Below, piece after piece: positions 46,055 through 56,625 of a stretch of DNA of 64,000 nucleotides (within the stretch, counting starts at the first letter, position 1; the number at the start of each line of letters is the position of its first letter). Origin of the DNA: an uncultured Coriobacteriia bacterium (GTDB lineage: Bacteria > Actinomycetota > Coriobacteriia > Coriobacteriales > QAMH01); assembly GCA_948466335.1 (NCBI GenBank), contig CAOKAE010000006.1:11171-75170 (forward strand), written 5' to 3'. The notes under the pieces were generated by a model. It had not been told where the DNA came from and ran no database searches. It saw only the letters and a program-made list of their open reading frames with translations. A program made the translations under genes and the position numbers.

Positions 46055-46552
46055 CTAACGGTAGTTGGTGAACTGCAGCGGAATGCCGTAGTCCTGCTCG
46101 CGCAGGAAGGTGATGACCTCTTGCAGGTCATCGCGCTTGGGGCCGCTCACGCGCAGCTTGTCGCTCTCGATCTGCACCTTGACCTTGAATTTCTGGGCCT
46201 TGATGTCCTTGGAGATGCGCTTGGCGACATCTTGCTCGATACCCTGCTGGATGACGCCCACGGTGCGAATCATGCCACCGGATGCGTCCTGGGGCGTCCC
46301 CCAGCTGACGGCCTTGAGGTCGACCTTGCGCTTGATGAGGTTCGTGTTGAGCACGTCGATGACCTGGCCGCTCACGAAGTCGCTCGGGGCGAGCACGGTG
46401 ATGGTCTTCGCACCCTTGTCGAAGTCGACCTTCGACCCGGAGTCCTTGAGGTCGTAGCGTTGCTTGAGACCCTTCTCGGTGTTGTTGAAGGCGTTCTCGA
46501 CCTCTTGCATGTCGGTCTCGGAGACGATGTCGAAGCTGTTGTCCTTAGCCAT
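46055..46552 (-). CDS. yajQ: YajQ-family nucleotide-binding protein (UPF0234)
   Basis: NSFDIVSETDMQEVENAFNNTEKGLKQRYDLKDS....DFD. 165 aa. RBS AAGGAAG. Confidence 0.88.
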   Translation of the reverse strand: MAKDNSFDIVSETDMQEVENAFNNTEKGLKQRYDLKDSGSKVDFDKGAKTITVLAPSDFVSGQVIDVLNTNLIKRKVDLKAVSWGTPQDASGGMIRTVGVIQQGIEQDVAKRISKDIKAQKFKVKVQIESDKLRVSGPKRDDLQEVITFLREQDYGIPLQFTNYR

Positions 46553-46562
46553 GCTCTTCCTT

Positions 46563-47891
46563 TCACGCTTTGCTTGCCTGGGGCGCCGATTGGATGTTGA
46601 TGTAGAGGCTTCCCGACCCGTCGTCGTTCTTGGCGATCTCGATGGGGTTGCCGTTCTCGGTGATGGTGATCGCGGCCGGATTGCTGAATGTCGCCGAGAA
46701 CGACTCGGTCACGGGGAACTCCCGTGAGAACTGGGGACCCATGGCAGTGCCCTTGTAGGCATTGGCGCCGTCATAGGTCACCTCGACAAGCGAGGTCTCT
46801 CCCGAGGCGACTTCTATCTTGATGATGACGGGGTTGCCGTTGGCCGTGGTGATGGTCTTGTGCGCGGCGTTCTCGCCATCGGTCGTCATCGTGTCGTTGG
46901 TGGCGCCGCCCTGCACGGGAATGATGCCGCCGTTGGCGTTTCCGGCCGTGCTGATGAGCACGGAGGCGGCGATGACGATGGCGATGACGATCGTGATGAC
47001 CGCAATGGCTATGAGGCGCGTACGGCGCTCGCTAAAGACCGCGGAAAGCACGCGGCGCAGCCTGCCGATGATGCTGTCATCGGCGTTCTGGGCGCTGTCC
47101 CCGCGGTCGGGACGCTCGCTTCGGGTGCTCGAGCGTCGGCGCGTGCTGTGACGCACCGTCGTCTCGCCCGTATCGACGTCGATGCCGAAGAAGTTGGGCG
47201 CGCGATCTTCTGCGCTACGCGAAAGGTCCTCGGTGGGACGGGCCGTGAAGGTGTCCACCGTCGAGGAACGGCGCGTGGAAGCGCCACTGCGCCGCGTGGC
47301 CCCCGAGCGTGGCGAGGGAGCGGAGCGGGTGGTGGGCTCGAAGCGACCCGTATCCTCGCGCGAGGGCCGCACGGAACGAAACGACCCGGTCTGACGCGTG
47401 CCGACGACGCGGACGCTGCCGCTGCGATAGCGCTCGTCGTCCTTTGCCATGGCCTCGTCCTTGAGGTTGCGGCTCAACTTGGATGCGCTCTCCCCTTCCC
47501 CATCGCCGCGCTTGCGCTGGGCGCGGCGCTCACGGGACGACTCGCGGCTGGTGGGACGGGACTTCTCCGTGGCGACACGTTCGCCGAAGCGGCCGACGCC
47601 CCGGCGCGTGTTGCTGGCGCTCTTGGCAATCTCGCGGTTTGCGCTGAAGGTCTCGTACTCGCTATCGAAGATCTCGACGATGGCAGCCGAATCCAGGTCG
47701 AGATAGCGCGCGTAGGAGCTGAGCATGCCGATGGCATGGCCGCGCGGTGGATACTGGGAGTAGTCACCCGATTCGAGGGCCTCGAGCATGCGCGCCCGTA
47801 TGTTCGTGTCGCGGGCGGCCTGCTCGAGCGATATGCCGAGCTCGATACGGCGGCTCATGAGTGCCGGCCCTATGCGAGATTCGGATTTCAC
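46563..47891 (-). CDS. RodZ-like HTH membrane protein
   Basis: N-terminal XRE-type HTH (LGISLEQAARDTNIRARMLEALESGDY), a long Arg/Ser-rich disordered linker, one TM (LIAIAVITIVIAIVIAASVLI), and a C-terminal beta-rich domain. The GTGA start overlaps the ftsK stop. Confidence 0.75.
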   Translation of the reverse strand: MKSESRIGPALMSRRIELGISLEQAARDTNIRARMLEALESGDYSQYPPRGHAIGMLSSYARYLDLDSAAIVEIFDSEYETFSANREIAKSASNTRRGVGRFGERVATEKSRPTSRESSRERRAQRKRGDGEGESASKLSRNLKDEAMAKDDERYRSGSVRVVGTRQTGSFRSVRPSREDTGRFEPTTRSAPSPRSGATRRSGASTRRSSTVDTFTARPTEDLSRSAEDRAPNFFGIDVDTGETTVRHSTRRRSSTRSERPDRGDSAQNADDSIIGRLRRVLSAVFSERRTRLIAIAVITIVIAIVIAASVLISTAGNANGGIIPVQGGATNDTMTTDGENAAHKTITTANGNPVIIKIEVASGETSLVEVTYDGANAYKGTAMGPQFSREFPVTESFSATFSNPAAITITENGNPIEIAKNDDGSGSLYINIQSAPQASKA

Positions 47892-50416
47892 CTGGCTTCC
47901 TCCTGGTCCTGTTCGTCGAAGGCCCTCAAGGCCTCGAGGTCCTCGACGCTGTCGATGAGAACGTCACGGGCGCGCGATCCTTCCTGCGGTCCGACGACGC
48001 CCTTGCTTTCGAGCATGTCCATGATACGCCCCGCGCGCGCATATCCGACCTTCAAACGCCGCTGAAGCATGGAAGTGGAGCCTAACCCGGCGGCAACGAC
48101 CGCCTCGGCGGCCTCCCAAATGAGCGGGTCGTCATCGTCATCCGCCGTCGAGGCAGACCCGGATGCCGAGCCCGACCCGGTCGCGACCTGCTGCTGGAGT
48201 ATCTCGCGATGGTATTCGGGCTCTCCCTGCGCCTTGAGGTGGGCGACGGTCGAGGCGATTTCCTCCTCGCTCACGAAGCAGCCCTGGATGCGCTTGGGCT
48301 TGCCCCATTCCGGCTTGGAGAAGAGCATGTCGCCATTGCCGACGAGCTTCTCGGCGCCGGCCTGGTCGAGGATGACGCGGGAGTCGACGTTGGTGGCGAC
48401 GAGCAGGCCGATGCGATTGGTGATGTTCGCCTTGATCATGCCGGTGACGACGTTGCTCGACGGACGCTGCGTGGCGATGATGAGGTGGATGCCGGCCGCG
48501 CGTGCGAGCTGGGCGATGCGCACGATGGAGTCCTCGACGTCCTTGCCCGCGACCATCATGAGGTCGGAGAGCTCGTCGACGACGATGACGATGAAGGGCA
48601 TCTCGTCGGGATGGTTTCCGTCCTCGTCGGTGAGCTCGCCCTTCTGGATCATCTGGTTGTAGAAGCCGATGTTCTTGGCCCCCACGCCCTCGAAAACCTT
48701 GAGCCTGCGCTCCATCTCGGCGACGGCCCACTTGAGCGCGCTTGCCGCTTCCTTGGGCTCGGTGACCGGCGGGACGAAGAGATGCGGGATGCCGTTGTAG
48801 AGCGACATCTCGACGCGCTTGGGGTCGATGAGAATCATGCGAACCTCGGCGGGCGTGGCACGCATAAGTATGGTCATGATCATGGCGTTGAGGCACACCG
48901 ACTTGCCCGAACCCGTCGTGCCGGCGATGAGCAGGTGCGGCATCTTGGCAAGGTCGACGCATATCTTCTCGCCGTCGACGTCCTCGCCTATGGCAACCTG
49001 GAGCGGACCGGGCTTGCAACTCGGCAGGATATCGCCGAGCAGCACGCTCGAGCGCACCTTGTTGGGAATCTCGACGCCCACGAGCGAGGTGCCGGGGATC
49101 TGGGCGATGCGCACGGCCGACGCCGCAAGGGCGAGCGCGATGTCGTCGGCGAGATTGGTGAGCTTGGCCAGGCGCACGCCGCTGGGAAGCTCGACCTTGA
49201 ACATCGTGACCGTGGGACCGGCGAGCCATCCCACCACCTTTGCCGGCAGGCTGAACTCCTCGAGGGTCTGCTGCAGGATGTTGGCCGTTTGGCGCAGCTC
49301 GTTGGTCATGTTCGAGCGCTTGGCCTTGGTGACGCCGAGCATGCGGGCATCGGGCAAGGTGAAGCCCTCGAGTGCCGACGGAGTCGACCCGTCGGGGATC
49401 ATCTGGGTCTTCTTGAGGACGGGCACGGTCGCGGACGGGTCGGCCGAATCCTGCGCCGCGCCATGGTCGACGTCCTTCTTCCTGCGCTTCCGGGGCTTGG
49501 GATGCGCAGGCTCGTCCAGCGCGACGGTGCGGGCGGGATCGTCATCGAAGACGACGGTTATATCGGAGTCATCACCATCGAAGGCGACCGTGGAGAGCGG
49601 ATCGGCGGAAATCTCGTCGTATTCGTCGATGGCCGCGGAGCCGTCCATGCCGAGCTTGTCCTTGAAACGCGCGAAGGGCGATTTCGCCTCGTCGCCATAG
49701 CCTCCGTCATCCGCCTCGTCATCTGCGGACTGCGGCTGGCCGGCCGTGTAGATGGTGCGCTGGTAGCGCGTCTGCGCGTGGTCCTCCTTCTTGCGCGAGA
49801 CGAAGTTCTTGAGCGCGAGGAAGGGGGTGGATATGGAGACTCCCGCTATGACGAGGCCGGCGACGAGAACGCCGACGAGCACGATCGCGCTGATAACACG
49901 ACCGAACAGCGTCATGAGGGCCCAGGAGATGCCGCTTCCGATGTAGCCGCCGCCACCGACGAGCACCTCGTCGTAAAAGAGGCTGTAGGGCAGCGCCTCG
50001 ATGGTACCCGGCGAGAACAGGGAGAGCAGCGCCATGAGGGCGACGAGCATGATGGCAAGCCCGATGACGAGCCGTCCCACCTTGACGCCCTCGGTCTTGA
50101 AGAAGAAGGTCGCGCCCCAGAACACGAGCACGAAGGGCACGACGTAGGCACCGAGGCCGAGCACGTGCTTGAGGCCGTCCGAGATGGCGACCGTGAGCAT
50201 GGCGTTGCCGGGCACGGTGACGGCGACGAAGAGCGCGATACCGACGACGGCCAGCGCGATGCCGATGAGATCCTCGCGCATCGAGCCGTCAACGAAGCTC
50301 TTGCGGGGAGTCTGCTCTTTGGTTGGAAGACCCTGGGTCCTTCCGGCACCCTTCTTGGCGGCGCTGGAAGATGACCTCGAGTTGCCCTGGTTTGATGCTG
50401 CGTTTCTCGAGCCCAC
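47888..50416 (-). CDS. ftsK: DNA translocase FtsK
   Basis: N-terminal TM segments, a linker, a motor domain (PHLLIAGTTGSGKSV, IVVDELSDLMM) and a C-terminal gamma wHTH. GTG start with RBS GGAGG. Confidence 0.95.
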   Translation of the reverse strand: MGSRNAASNQGNSRSSSSAAKKGAGRTQGLPTKEQTPRKSFVDGSMREDLIGIALAVVGIALFVAVTVPGNAMLTVAISDGLKHVLGLGAYVVPFVLVFWGATFFFKTEGVKVGRLVIGLAIMLVALMALLSLFSPGTIEALPYSLFYDEVLVGGGGYIGSGISWALMTLFGRVISAIVLVGVLVAGLVIAGVSISTPFLALKNFVSRKKEDHAQTRYQRTIYTAGQPQSADDEADDGGYGDEAKSPFARFKDKLGMDGSAAIDEYDEISADPLSTVAFDGDDSDITVVFDDDPARTVALDEPAHPKPRKRRKKDVDHGAAQDSADPSATVPVLKKTQMIPDGSTPSALEGFTLPDARMLGVTKAKRSNMTNELRQTANILQQTLEEFSLPAKVVGWLAGPTVTMFKVELPSGVRLAKLTNLADDIALALAASAVRIAQIPGTSLVGVEIPNKVRSSVLLGDILPSCKPGPLQVAIGEDVDGEKICVDLAKMPHLLIAGTTGSGKSVCLNAMIMTILMRATPAEVRMILIDPKRVEMSLYNGIPHLFVPPVTEPKEAASALKWAVAEMERRLKVFEGVGAKNIGFYNQMIQKGELTDEDGNHPDEMPFIVIVVDELSDLMMVAGKDVEDSIVRIAQLARAAGIHLIIATQRPSSNVVTGMIKANITNRIGLLVATNVDSRVILDQAGAEKLVGNGDMLFSKPEWGKPKRIQGCFVSEEEIASTVAHLKAQGEPEYHREILQQQVATGSGSASGSASTADDDDDPLIWEAAEAVVAAGLGSTSMLQRRLKVGYARAGRIMDMLESKGVVGPQEGSRARDVLIDSVEDLEALRAFDEQDQEEAR

Positions 50417-50457
50417 TGCTACCTCCGGTTGCTACGAGCGAAGTAATTGTATCGCAT

Positions 50458-52248
50458 CTAGATTTCGATGACGATGGGCATGATGATGGGCCTGCGGTGG
50501 GCGCGTTTCCATATGAAGCTCGAGAGCGCGTCGCGTTCCTGCTTCTTGATGCGGTTCGCGTCGGGCTTGTGGTTGTCGAGCGATTCGCGCACGACCTTGG
50601 CCACCTTGTCACGGGCCTCGACGATGAAATCGTCGTTGTCGAAACCGGGGATGCCGCGCATCGTGATGACGGGGTCGGAGACGAGCTTGCCGCGCTTGGA
50701 GTCGATGACGACGGCGACGCTCGCCGCCCCCTCGTTGCTCATGGACTGGCGGTCTCGCAGCACGTTGGCGCCGATATCACCCACCGACGAACCGTCCACG
50801 TAGACGATGCCGCTCTCGACGCCCTCGCCGCGCTTGACCACGCCATCGCTCATGACGAGGGAATCGCCGTTGTCGAGGATGAAGATGTTGTTCGTGTCGA
50901 CGCCGACGGCCTCGGCCAGACGCGCATGGGCGCGCAGGTGGGTCGCCTCGCCATGCACGGGCAGGAAGTGCCTGGGCTTGACGAGCGAGAGCACGAGCTT
51001 GAGCTCCTCGGCGCCCGCATGTCCCGAGACGTGCACGAGGGCGCGGTTCTTGTCCCAGACGTCCGCGCCGACCTTGGAGAGCTGGTTGACGATGCGCGTG
51101 ACCGACTTCTCGTTGCCGGGAACGGGCGTGGCCGAGATGATGACGGTATCGCCCCGCTCGATGTCGATGGTCTTGTGCTCTCCCACCGACATGCGCGCGA
51201 GCGCCGAAAGCGGCTCTCCCTGGCTGCCCGTGCACAACACGACGGTCTTCTCCGGCGGGTAGTTGCCCACGTCGTAGGCGTCGATGATGAGGTCGTCCGG
51301 GACGTTGAGGTAGCCCAGGTCACGGGCGATGCGCGTGTTGGTGAGCATGGAACGGCCCGTCACCGCGACCTTGCGGCCCGCGAGTTGCGCGGCATCGCAG
51401 ATCTGCTGGACGCGATGGATGTGCGAAGAGAAGGCCGCGACCACGACCCGCTGCTTGGCGGCGCCGATGACGCTGCGCAGGGTCACGCCGACCTCGGCTT
51501 CGGACTTGGTGAACTGCCTGCTCGTGGCATTGGTCGAATCGCTCATAAGCAGGTCGACGCCCTGGGCCGCGAAGCGCGCGAGGGCCGCGAAGTCGGTGAG
51601 CTCGCCGTCGATGGGCGTCTCGTCGAGCTTGAAGTCACCGGTATGCAGGACGTTTCCCGCCGGCGTGTGCATGAAGACGCCCATGGCGCCGGGAATCGAG
51701 TGATTGACCGTGAAGAACTCGAGCTCGAAGCAACCGAGCTTCGTGCTGCCACCGCGATGCACCTCGACGAGCTTGGGCTGCTTGGAGAGACGATGTTCCT
51801 CGAGCTTGCCCTCGATGAGCCCCAGGGTGAGCTTGGTGCCGAGAATGGGAATCGACCGGTCGATGTCCTTGAGCAGGTAGGGAAGCGCCCCCGTATGGTC
51901 TTCGTGACCATGGGTGATGACGATGCCCCGCAGGCGGTCGGCGTTCTCGAGGATGTAGGTGTAATCCGGCAAGATCAGGTCGACGCCGGTGTGCTCGTCG
52001 TCGGGAAACATGAGACCGGCATCGATGAGGATGATGTCACCGTTGCACTCGAAGGCGGTCATGTTCTTGCCGATGGCGTCCAGGCCACCGAGCGGGATGA
52101 TGCGCAGCGTGGGCGATGCCTTCTTCTTGCGGCCCTGGTTGCCCCTGCTGCGCCTCCGCGGGCGCTTGGGCTTCGGCGCCGTTTTCGCGAGCGCCTTGGA
52201 AGAGGCCTTCGCGAGGCCCTTTTCGTTCGTATTCTTTTTTTCTGGCAT
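50458..52248 (-). CDS. rnj: ribonuclease J
   Basis: Metallo-beta-lactamase/beta-CASP: LRIIPLGGLDAIGKNMTAFE and THGHEDHTGALPYLL. Carries a ~45-aa Lys/Arg-rich N-terminal extension. Confidence 0.93.
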   Translation of the reverse strand: MPEKKNTNEKGLAKASSKALAKTAPKPKRPRRRSRGNQGRKKKASPTLRIIPLGGLDAIGKNMTAFECNGDIILIDAGLMFPDDEHTGVDLILPDYTYILENADRLRGIVITHGHEDHTGALPYLLKDIDRSIPILGTKLTLGLIEGKLEEHRLSKQPKLVEVHRGGSTKLGCFELEFFTVNHSIPGAMGVFMHTPAGNVLHTGDFKLDETPIDGELTDFAALARFAAQGVDLLMSDSTNATSRQFTKSEAEVGVTLRSVIGAAKQRVVVAAFSSHIHRVQQICDAAQLAGRKVAVTGRSMLTNTRIARDLGYLNVPDDLIIDAYDVGNYPPEKTVVLCTGSQGEPLSALARMSVGEHKTIDIERGDTVIISATPVPGNEKSVTRIVNQLSKVGADVWDKNRALVHVSGHAGAEELKLVLSLVKPRHFLPVHGEATHLRAHARLAEAVGVDTNNIFILDNGDSLVMSDGVVKRGEGVESGIVYVDGSSVGDIGANVLRDRQSMSNEGAASVAVVIDSKRGKLVSDPVITMRGIPGFDNDDFIVEARDKVAKVVRESLDNHKPDANRIKKQERDALSSFIWKRAHRRPIIMPIVIEI

Positions 52249-52303
52249 GAGAAAAGCTCCTCAGCCTGTGATCATGTACAGGTGTTCTTCGTTTTCGGAT
52301 TCT

Positions 52304-53197
52304 TTATTCTACGGGTGCACAGGCACGCATGACCTCGGCGAGCTGGGCCGACTGCTCCGGCGTCGCCTCGATGAGCGGGAGGCGCAGGCCACCCACGGGA
52401 AAGCCCACAATCTTGAGGGCCTCCTTCACCATGATGGGGTTCGAGGTGACGAAGAGCTCGTTCATGAGGGGCAGCAGCGCGGCATGGGCGGCGAGCGCCT
52501 CCTCGTGCTTGCCGGCTGCCTCGAGCTCGACGATTTCCTTCATGCGTTTCGGTGCAACATTGGCGATGGTCGAAACCACGCCCACGCCGCCCAAGCCCAT
52601 GATCTCAAGCGTGTCGGCGTCGTCTCCGGAATATACGGAGAAGCCGGCCGGGGCACCCTTGGCTATGGCGGCAATCTGGTCCATCTTTCCGCTCGCTTCC
52701 TTGATCGCGATGATGTTCTCGTGATCGTGCGCGAGCCTCAAGGTCGTCTCGGCCGTCATGTTGATGACCGAGCGACCGGGGATGTTATAGAGCATGATGG
52801 GGAGGTCCACCGCATTGGCGATGGCGCTGTAGTGCTGGTAGATGCCCTCCTGCGGGGGCTTGTTGTAATAGGGCACGACGCAGAGGTAGCCGTCAAAGCC
52901 CATGGGCTCGACCTTGCGCGCGAAGTCCACCGTGTCCTGGGTGCAGTTGTCACCCACGTAGGCGATGGTCTTGCAGCGGCCGTCGACGGCCTCGAGCACG
53001 GCCTCGAAGAGGCGGATCTTGTCATCGTAGAAGACGGTCGGACACTCGCCCGTGGTGGGGCAGACGGCGATCGTGTCGACGCCGGCCTCGACGAAGCGCT
53101 CGGCAAGCTCCTGGGCGCGCTTGAGGTCAAGGTCGAGGTTCTCGTCGAACGGGGTCACGCTCGCGACGATGGTGCGTCCGAAAAACGGCTCTGTCAT
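52304..53197 (-). CDS. dapA: 4-hydroxy-tetrahydrodipicolinate synthase
   Basis: ASVTPF, TTGE and YNIPGRS motifs, IAIKEASG (catalytic Lys). 297 aa. Confidence 0.93.
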   Translation of the reverse strand: MTEPFFGRTIVASVTPFDENLDLDLKRAQELAERFVEAGVDTIAVCPTTGECPTVFYDDKIRLFEAVLEAVDGRCKTIAYVGDNCTQDTVDFARKVEPMGFDGYLCVVPYYNKPPQEGIYQHYSAIANAVDLPIMLYNIPGRSVINMTAETTLRLAHDHENIIAIKEASGKMDQIAAIAKGAPAGFSVYSGDDADTLEIMGLGGVGVVSTIANVAPKRMKEIVELEAAGKHEEALAAHAALLPLMNELFVTSNPIMVKEALKIVGFPVGGLRLPLIEATPEQSAQLAEVMRACAPVE

Positions 53198-53267
53198 GCT
53201 CGGCTCCTCATCTTTACGGTACGTTTGAACAAAGCGTCACGCGAGATTATACAGGCAAGTGCGCCCG

Positions 53268-54053
53268 CTAATCCATGAGCTTTTCGAGGCCCACGGTCAC
53301 GCCCTGCATATCGACGACGGCGCGCGTCGCCATGAGTATGCCGGGCATGTAGGAGGCGCGGTCGATGGAATCGTGGCGTATGGTGAGCGTCTGGCCCATG
53401 CTGCCGAAGATGACCTCCTGGTGCGCGACGTAACCCGCCGTACGCACGGCATGCACCGGCACGCCATCGACCAGCGCGCCACGGGCGCCTTCGAATCCGG
53501 CAAGCTCGGTTTCCTTGCCCGGCGCGTCACTTGCGCCGTCGCGCGCCTCGGCGATGAGACGGGCCGTGCGGATGGCCGTGCCCGAAGGCGCGTCCTTCTT
53601 GCCGTCATGATGGAACTCGATGACCTCGATGTCGGGGAAGTACTTGGCCGCCTGCTGCGCGAAGAGCATCATGAGCACGGCGCCCGTCGTGAAGTTGGGT
53701 GCGTGAAACAGCGCGGCGTCGCCCGTCGCGGACTCGTCGTAGATCTGCTGGAGTCGCTCTTCGGAAAGGCCCGTCGTGCCGAGCACGCAGTTGACGCCCA
53801 GGCCGAGGGCGCAGCGCAGGTTTGCCTCGGCGACGTCGGGGCGCGTGAAGTCGATGACCACATCGGGGCGCGTGACCTCGATGGCCTCCTTGAGCGTCGC
53901 GAACACGGGGGCGTTGTCTGCGCCAACGGTGGTATCGTCGGTCGCTGCCGGGTCCACGCCCGCGACGAGCTTCATGTCGCCGGCGCCGTCGACGGCCTTG
54001 CAGATTTCCGTACCCATGCGACCGAGCGCTCCGCTTACCAGCACCTGAATCAT
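53268..54053 (-). CDS. dapB: 4-hydroxy-tetrahydrodipicolinate reductase
   Basis: VLVSGALGRMGTEI, DFTRP, EFHHDGKKDAPSGTA. The ATGA overlaps the upstream M16 gene stop. Confidence 0.93.
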   Translation of the reverse strand: MIQVLVSGALGRMGTEICKAVDGAGDMKLVAGVDPAATDDTTVGADNAPVFATLKEAIEVTRPDVVIDFTRPDVAEANLRCALGLGVNCVLGTTGLSEERLQQIYDESATGDAALFHAPNFTTGAVLMMLFAQQAAKYFPDIEVIEFHHDGKKDAPSGTAIRTARLIAEARDGASDAPGKETELAGFEGARGALVDGVPVHAVRTAGYVAHQEVIFGSMGQTLTIRHDSIDRASYMPGILMATRAVVDMQGVTVGLEKLMD

Positions 54054-55303
54054 CTGAGCATCCTTTCGACTTTCTCTTGCTTATAGGGACTCACGACCGC
54101 GAGCGTCATCTCCCGGGAGAACAGCTCGCGTGCCGCCTCGTTTACTTCGTCGAGCGTCACGACACGGTACTTCTCGATGATGTCGTCAATGGAATCCATG
54201 GGCAGGTCGAGTGCCGCCAGACGACCCAGGCGCGACATGCGCGTGCGCGTGGACTCGGTGCCGAGCACGAAGCTGCCGGCGGCGAGCTCCTTGGCGCGGG
54301 CGAGCTCCTCTTCGCTCACGCCGTCTTGCGCCGCCAGGGCAAACTGCTCGGTAGCAACCTTGACGACCTCGGCGATGTTCTCCGGGCGCGTGCCGGCGTA
54401 CATCTCGAAGATGCCCGCCCCCTCGTAGAGTTGAGACGACGCGTAGACGGAGTAGACGAGCCCGCGCTTCTCGCGTATCTCCTGGAAGAGACGGGAGCTC
54501 ATGCCGCCGCCGATGATGATGTCGAGCAGCGAATAGACGAAGCGACGCGGGTCGTTGTTGACGATGGTGGGTGCACCGAGGACGATGTTCGCCTGCTCGG
54601 AGTCCTTCTTGACGCAGGAGAGCATGACGCGGTCCTGGGGTTGCACCGCATCGCGTTCGAGGCGAGGGCCCGTGACGAGACCTCCCAGGCAACGCACGGC
54701 CATCTCGACGATAGATTCGTGGTCGACGCTGCCACAGGCGACGACGGTGACGTTGCCGGTGGTGTAATGTGCCTGATGATATCGCAGCATCTCTTCGGTA
54801 TCGAAGGATGAGACAGTGTCGGACGTGCCGAGAACGGGGCACCCGAGCGCATCTTGCGGAAACATGGCCTTGGAGAAGACGTCGTAGACGTAGTCCTCGG
54901 GCGTGTCCTGGCTGCGGGCGATTTCCTCGAGCACGACCTCGCGCTCGGTGACGATGTCCTTGTGGGCGAAGGTCGAGTTCACGAGCATGTCGGCGAGAAT
55001 CTCGAACCCGAGCTTGAGGCGCTCGTCGATGAGGCGGGTGTAGAAGCAGGTGTACTCGCGAGAGGTGAAGGCGTTGAACTCGGCGCCGAGGGCGTCGAAG
55101 GCCGTCGAGATGTCGAGGGCGCTGCGCGTCTTCGTGCCCTTGAAGAGCATGTGTTCCATGAAATGCGACATGCCGTATTCCGCAGGCGCCTCGTCACGGC
55201 CGCCAACGCGCACCCAGAAGCCAAGCGCCACGGAACGCACGCCCTCCATGGACTCGGTTATCACCGTTATGCCATTGTCGAGTACGGTTTTCTCGTAAAA
55301 CAT
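54050..55303 (-). CDS. M16-family (insulinase/pitrilysin-like) zinc metallopeptidase
   Basis: HFMEHMLFKGT (HxxEH) motif. 417 aa from ATG 55303 (RBS GGAGAA). Confidence 0.88.
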   Translation of the reverse strand: MFYEKTVLDNGITVITESMEGVRSVALGFWVRVGGRDEAPAEYGMSHFMEHMLFKGTKTRSALDISTAFDALGAEFNAFTSREYTCFYTRLIDERLKLGFEILADMLVNSTFAHKDIVTEREVVLEEIARSQDTPEDYVYDVFSKAMFPQDALGCPVLGTSDTVSSFDTEEMLRYHQAHYTTGNVTVVACGSVDHESIVEMAVRCLGGLVTGPRLERDAVQPQDRVMLSCVKKDSEQANIVLGAPTIVNNDPRRFVYSLLDIIIGGGMSSRLFQEIREKRGLVYSVYASSQLYEGAGIFEMYAGTRPENIAEVVKVATEQFALAAQDGVSEEELARAKELAAGSFVLGTESTRTRMSRLGRLAALDLPMDSIDDIIEKYRVVTLDEVNEAARELFSREMTLAVVSPYKQEKVERMLR

Positions 55304-55356
55304 GAATTTCTCCGAACGAGCATACGAAGTTCTATTGTAGCCCAAGGAACATGTGA

Positions 55357-56574
55357 CTAGAAATAATTCTTGTAGCGCACTTCCCCATTGAGGGGATCGT
55401 CCGGGAACAGGAACGCGTATAGGTCGACGAAGTAGTCATCGGTCATGGAGGCGATGTAGTCCACCGCGATGTCCTCGGGGCGGGACTCGAGCTCGAAGCT
55501 GTAGGGATAGCGCAACATAGGCTGGTCGAGATAGTGCCTGAATATGGGTGACTCCTCGCGTCCCGCGCGAATGTCGTCGACGAAGGTCGCGAACATGCGC
55601 TCCATCATGGGCTGCACAAAGGTGATGCGACCGGAGACCTCGTCGCTCTTGTAGATCTTCTCGTAGTTCTCCTTGCGCATGGCGTCGACAGCCGCGAAGA
55701 CCTCCTCGTCCATGGCAAGGTAGTCGTGGTCGAGCGAGTTCTTAATGATGTTGCGCGTGAGATTCTGGATGATCTGGTGGTTGAGCGTGCCGACGATGGG
55801 ACTCTCCTCGTAATCGCCCGTGTCAAGCAGCTTGATGCGGGCGGCGTCCTGACGGTCCTTGCCCAGGTAGGCGATGATGTCGCTGATGCGCACGACGCAG
55901 CCCTCGAGGGTGGAGGGACGCAGGTCGCGGATGTTGCTCTGGTCGACGTAGCAGCTCTCGATGAGGCTGTTGAGCGCAGGGAAGTCCGGACATGGTGCCG
56001 GGCGATATTCGAGGAAGGTCTTCTCGCCGCAGTGCGTGAGGATACCGTTGTAGGTTTGCAGGCACAGGTTGGTGCGCGCGATAATCTTGAGCAGGCGCAC
56101 GCTGTGCACGTTGTGGTTGAAGTAGCGCCCGGTGCTCGCATGGTAGAGATCCGAGAGGTAGTCCTCGCCCTGGTGGCCGAAAGGCGTGTGCCCGAGGTCA
56201 TGCCCCACGGCGATGGCCTCGATGAGGTCGAGGTTGAGGCCGAGCGCCATGCCGATGGTGCGCCCTACCCTGCTCACCACCTGCAGATGGAAGGAACGAC
56301 GCGTAATGTCGTCGTTGCGCACGAGGGAGAAGACCTGCGTCTTGTCGGCGCAACGCGAGTAGAACGGGTTGTGGACGATCTTCTCGACGTCGACGACGAA
56401 GCACGGACGCCCCAGGTAGACGTCCGGGTCTTCGTAGCGCTTGGTGAACTCGCGTATGCCGTCCGCATCGCGGCAGGCATGGGGCGAGAGCATGGCCTGG
56501 GCCGCGTCGTGACGTGCGCGCAGCTCCGCCTTCTCGTCCTCGGTAAATTCAAATAGCCTGCTGTCGAATTCCAC
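55357..56574 (-). CDS. dGTPase-like HD-domain triphosphohydrolase
   Basis: SFHLQVVSRVGRTIG...AIAVGHDLGHTPFGHQGE and ISDIIAYLGKD. GTG start with RBS AAGGAAA. Confidence 0.8.
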   Translation of the reverse strand: MEFDSRLFEFTEDEKAELRARHDAAQAMLSPHACRDADGIREFTKRYEDPDVYLGRPCFVVDVEKIVHNPFYSRCADKTQVFSLVRNDDITRRSFHLQVVSRVGRTIGMALGLNLDLIEAIAVGHDLGHTPFGHQGEDYLSDLYHASTGRYFNHNVHSVRLLKIIARTNLCLQTYNGILTHCGEKTFLEYRPAPCPDFPALNSLIESCYVDQSNIRDLRPSTLEGCVVRISDIIAYLGKDRQDAARIKLLDTGDYEESPIVGTLNHQIIQNLTRNIIKNSLDHDYLAMDEEVFAAVDAMRKENYEKIYKSDEVSGRITFVQPMMERMFATFVDDIRAGREESPIFRHYLDQPMLRYPYSFELESRPEDIAVDYIASMTDDYFVDLYAFLFPDDPLNGEVRYKNYF

Positions 56575-56625
56575 GGTGTTTCCTTGTCGTAGCCACTAGG
56601 TACGCGCATAGCTTAGCGCAGAGGT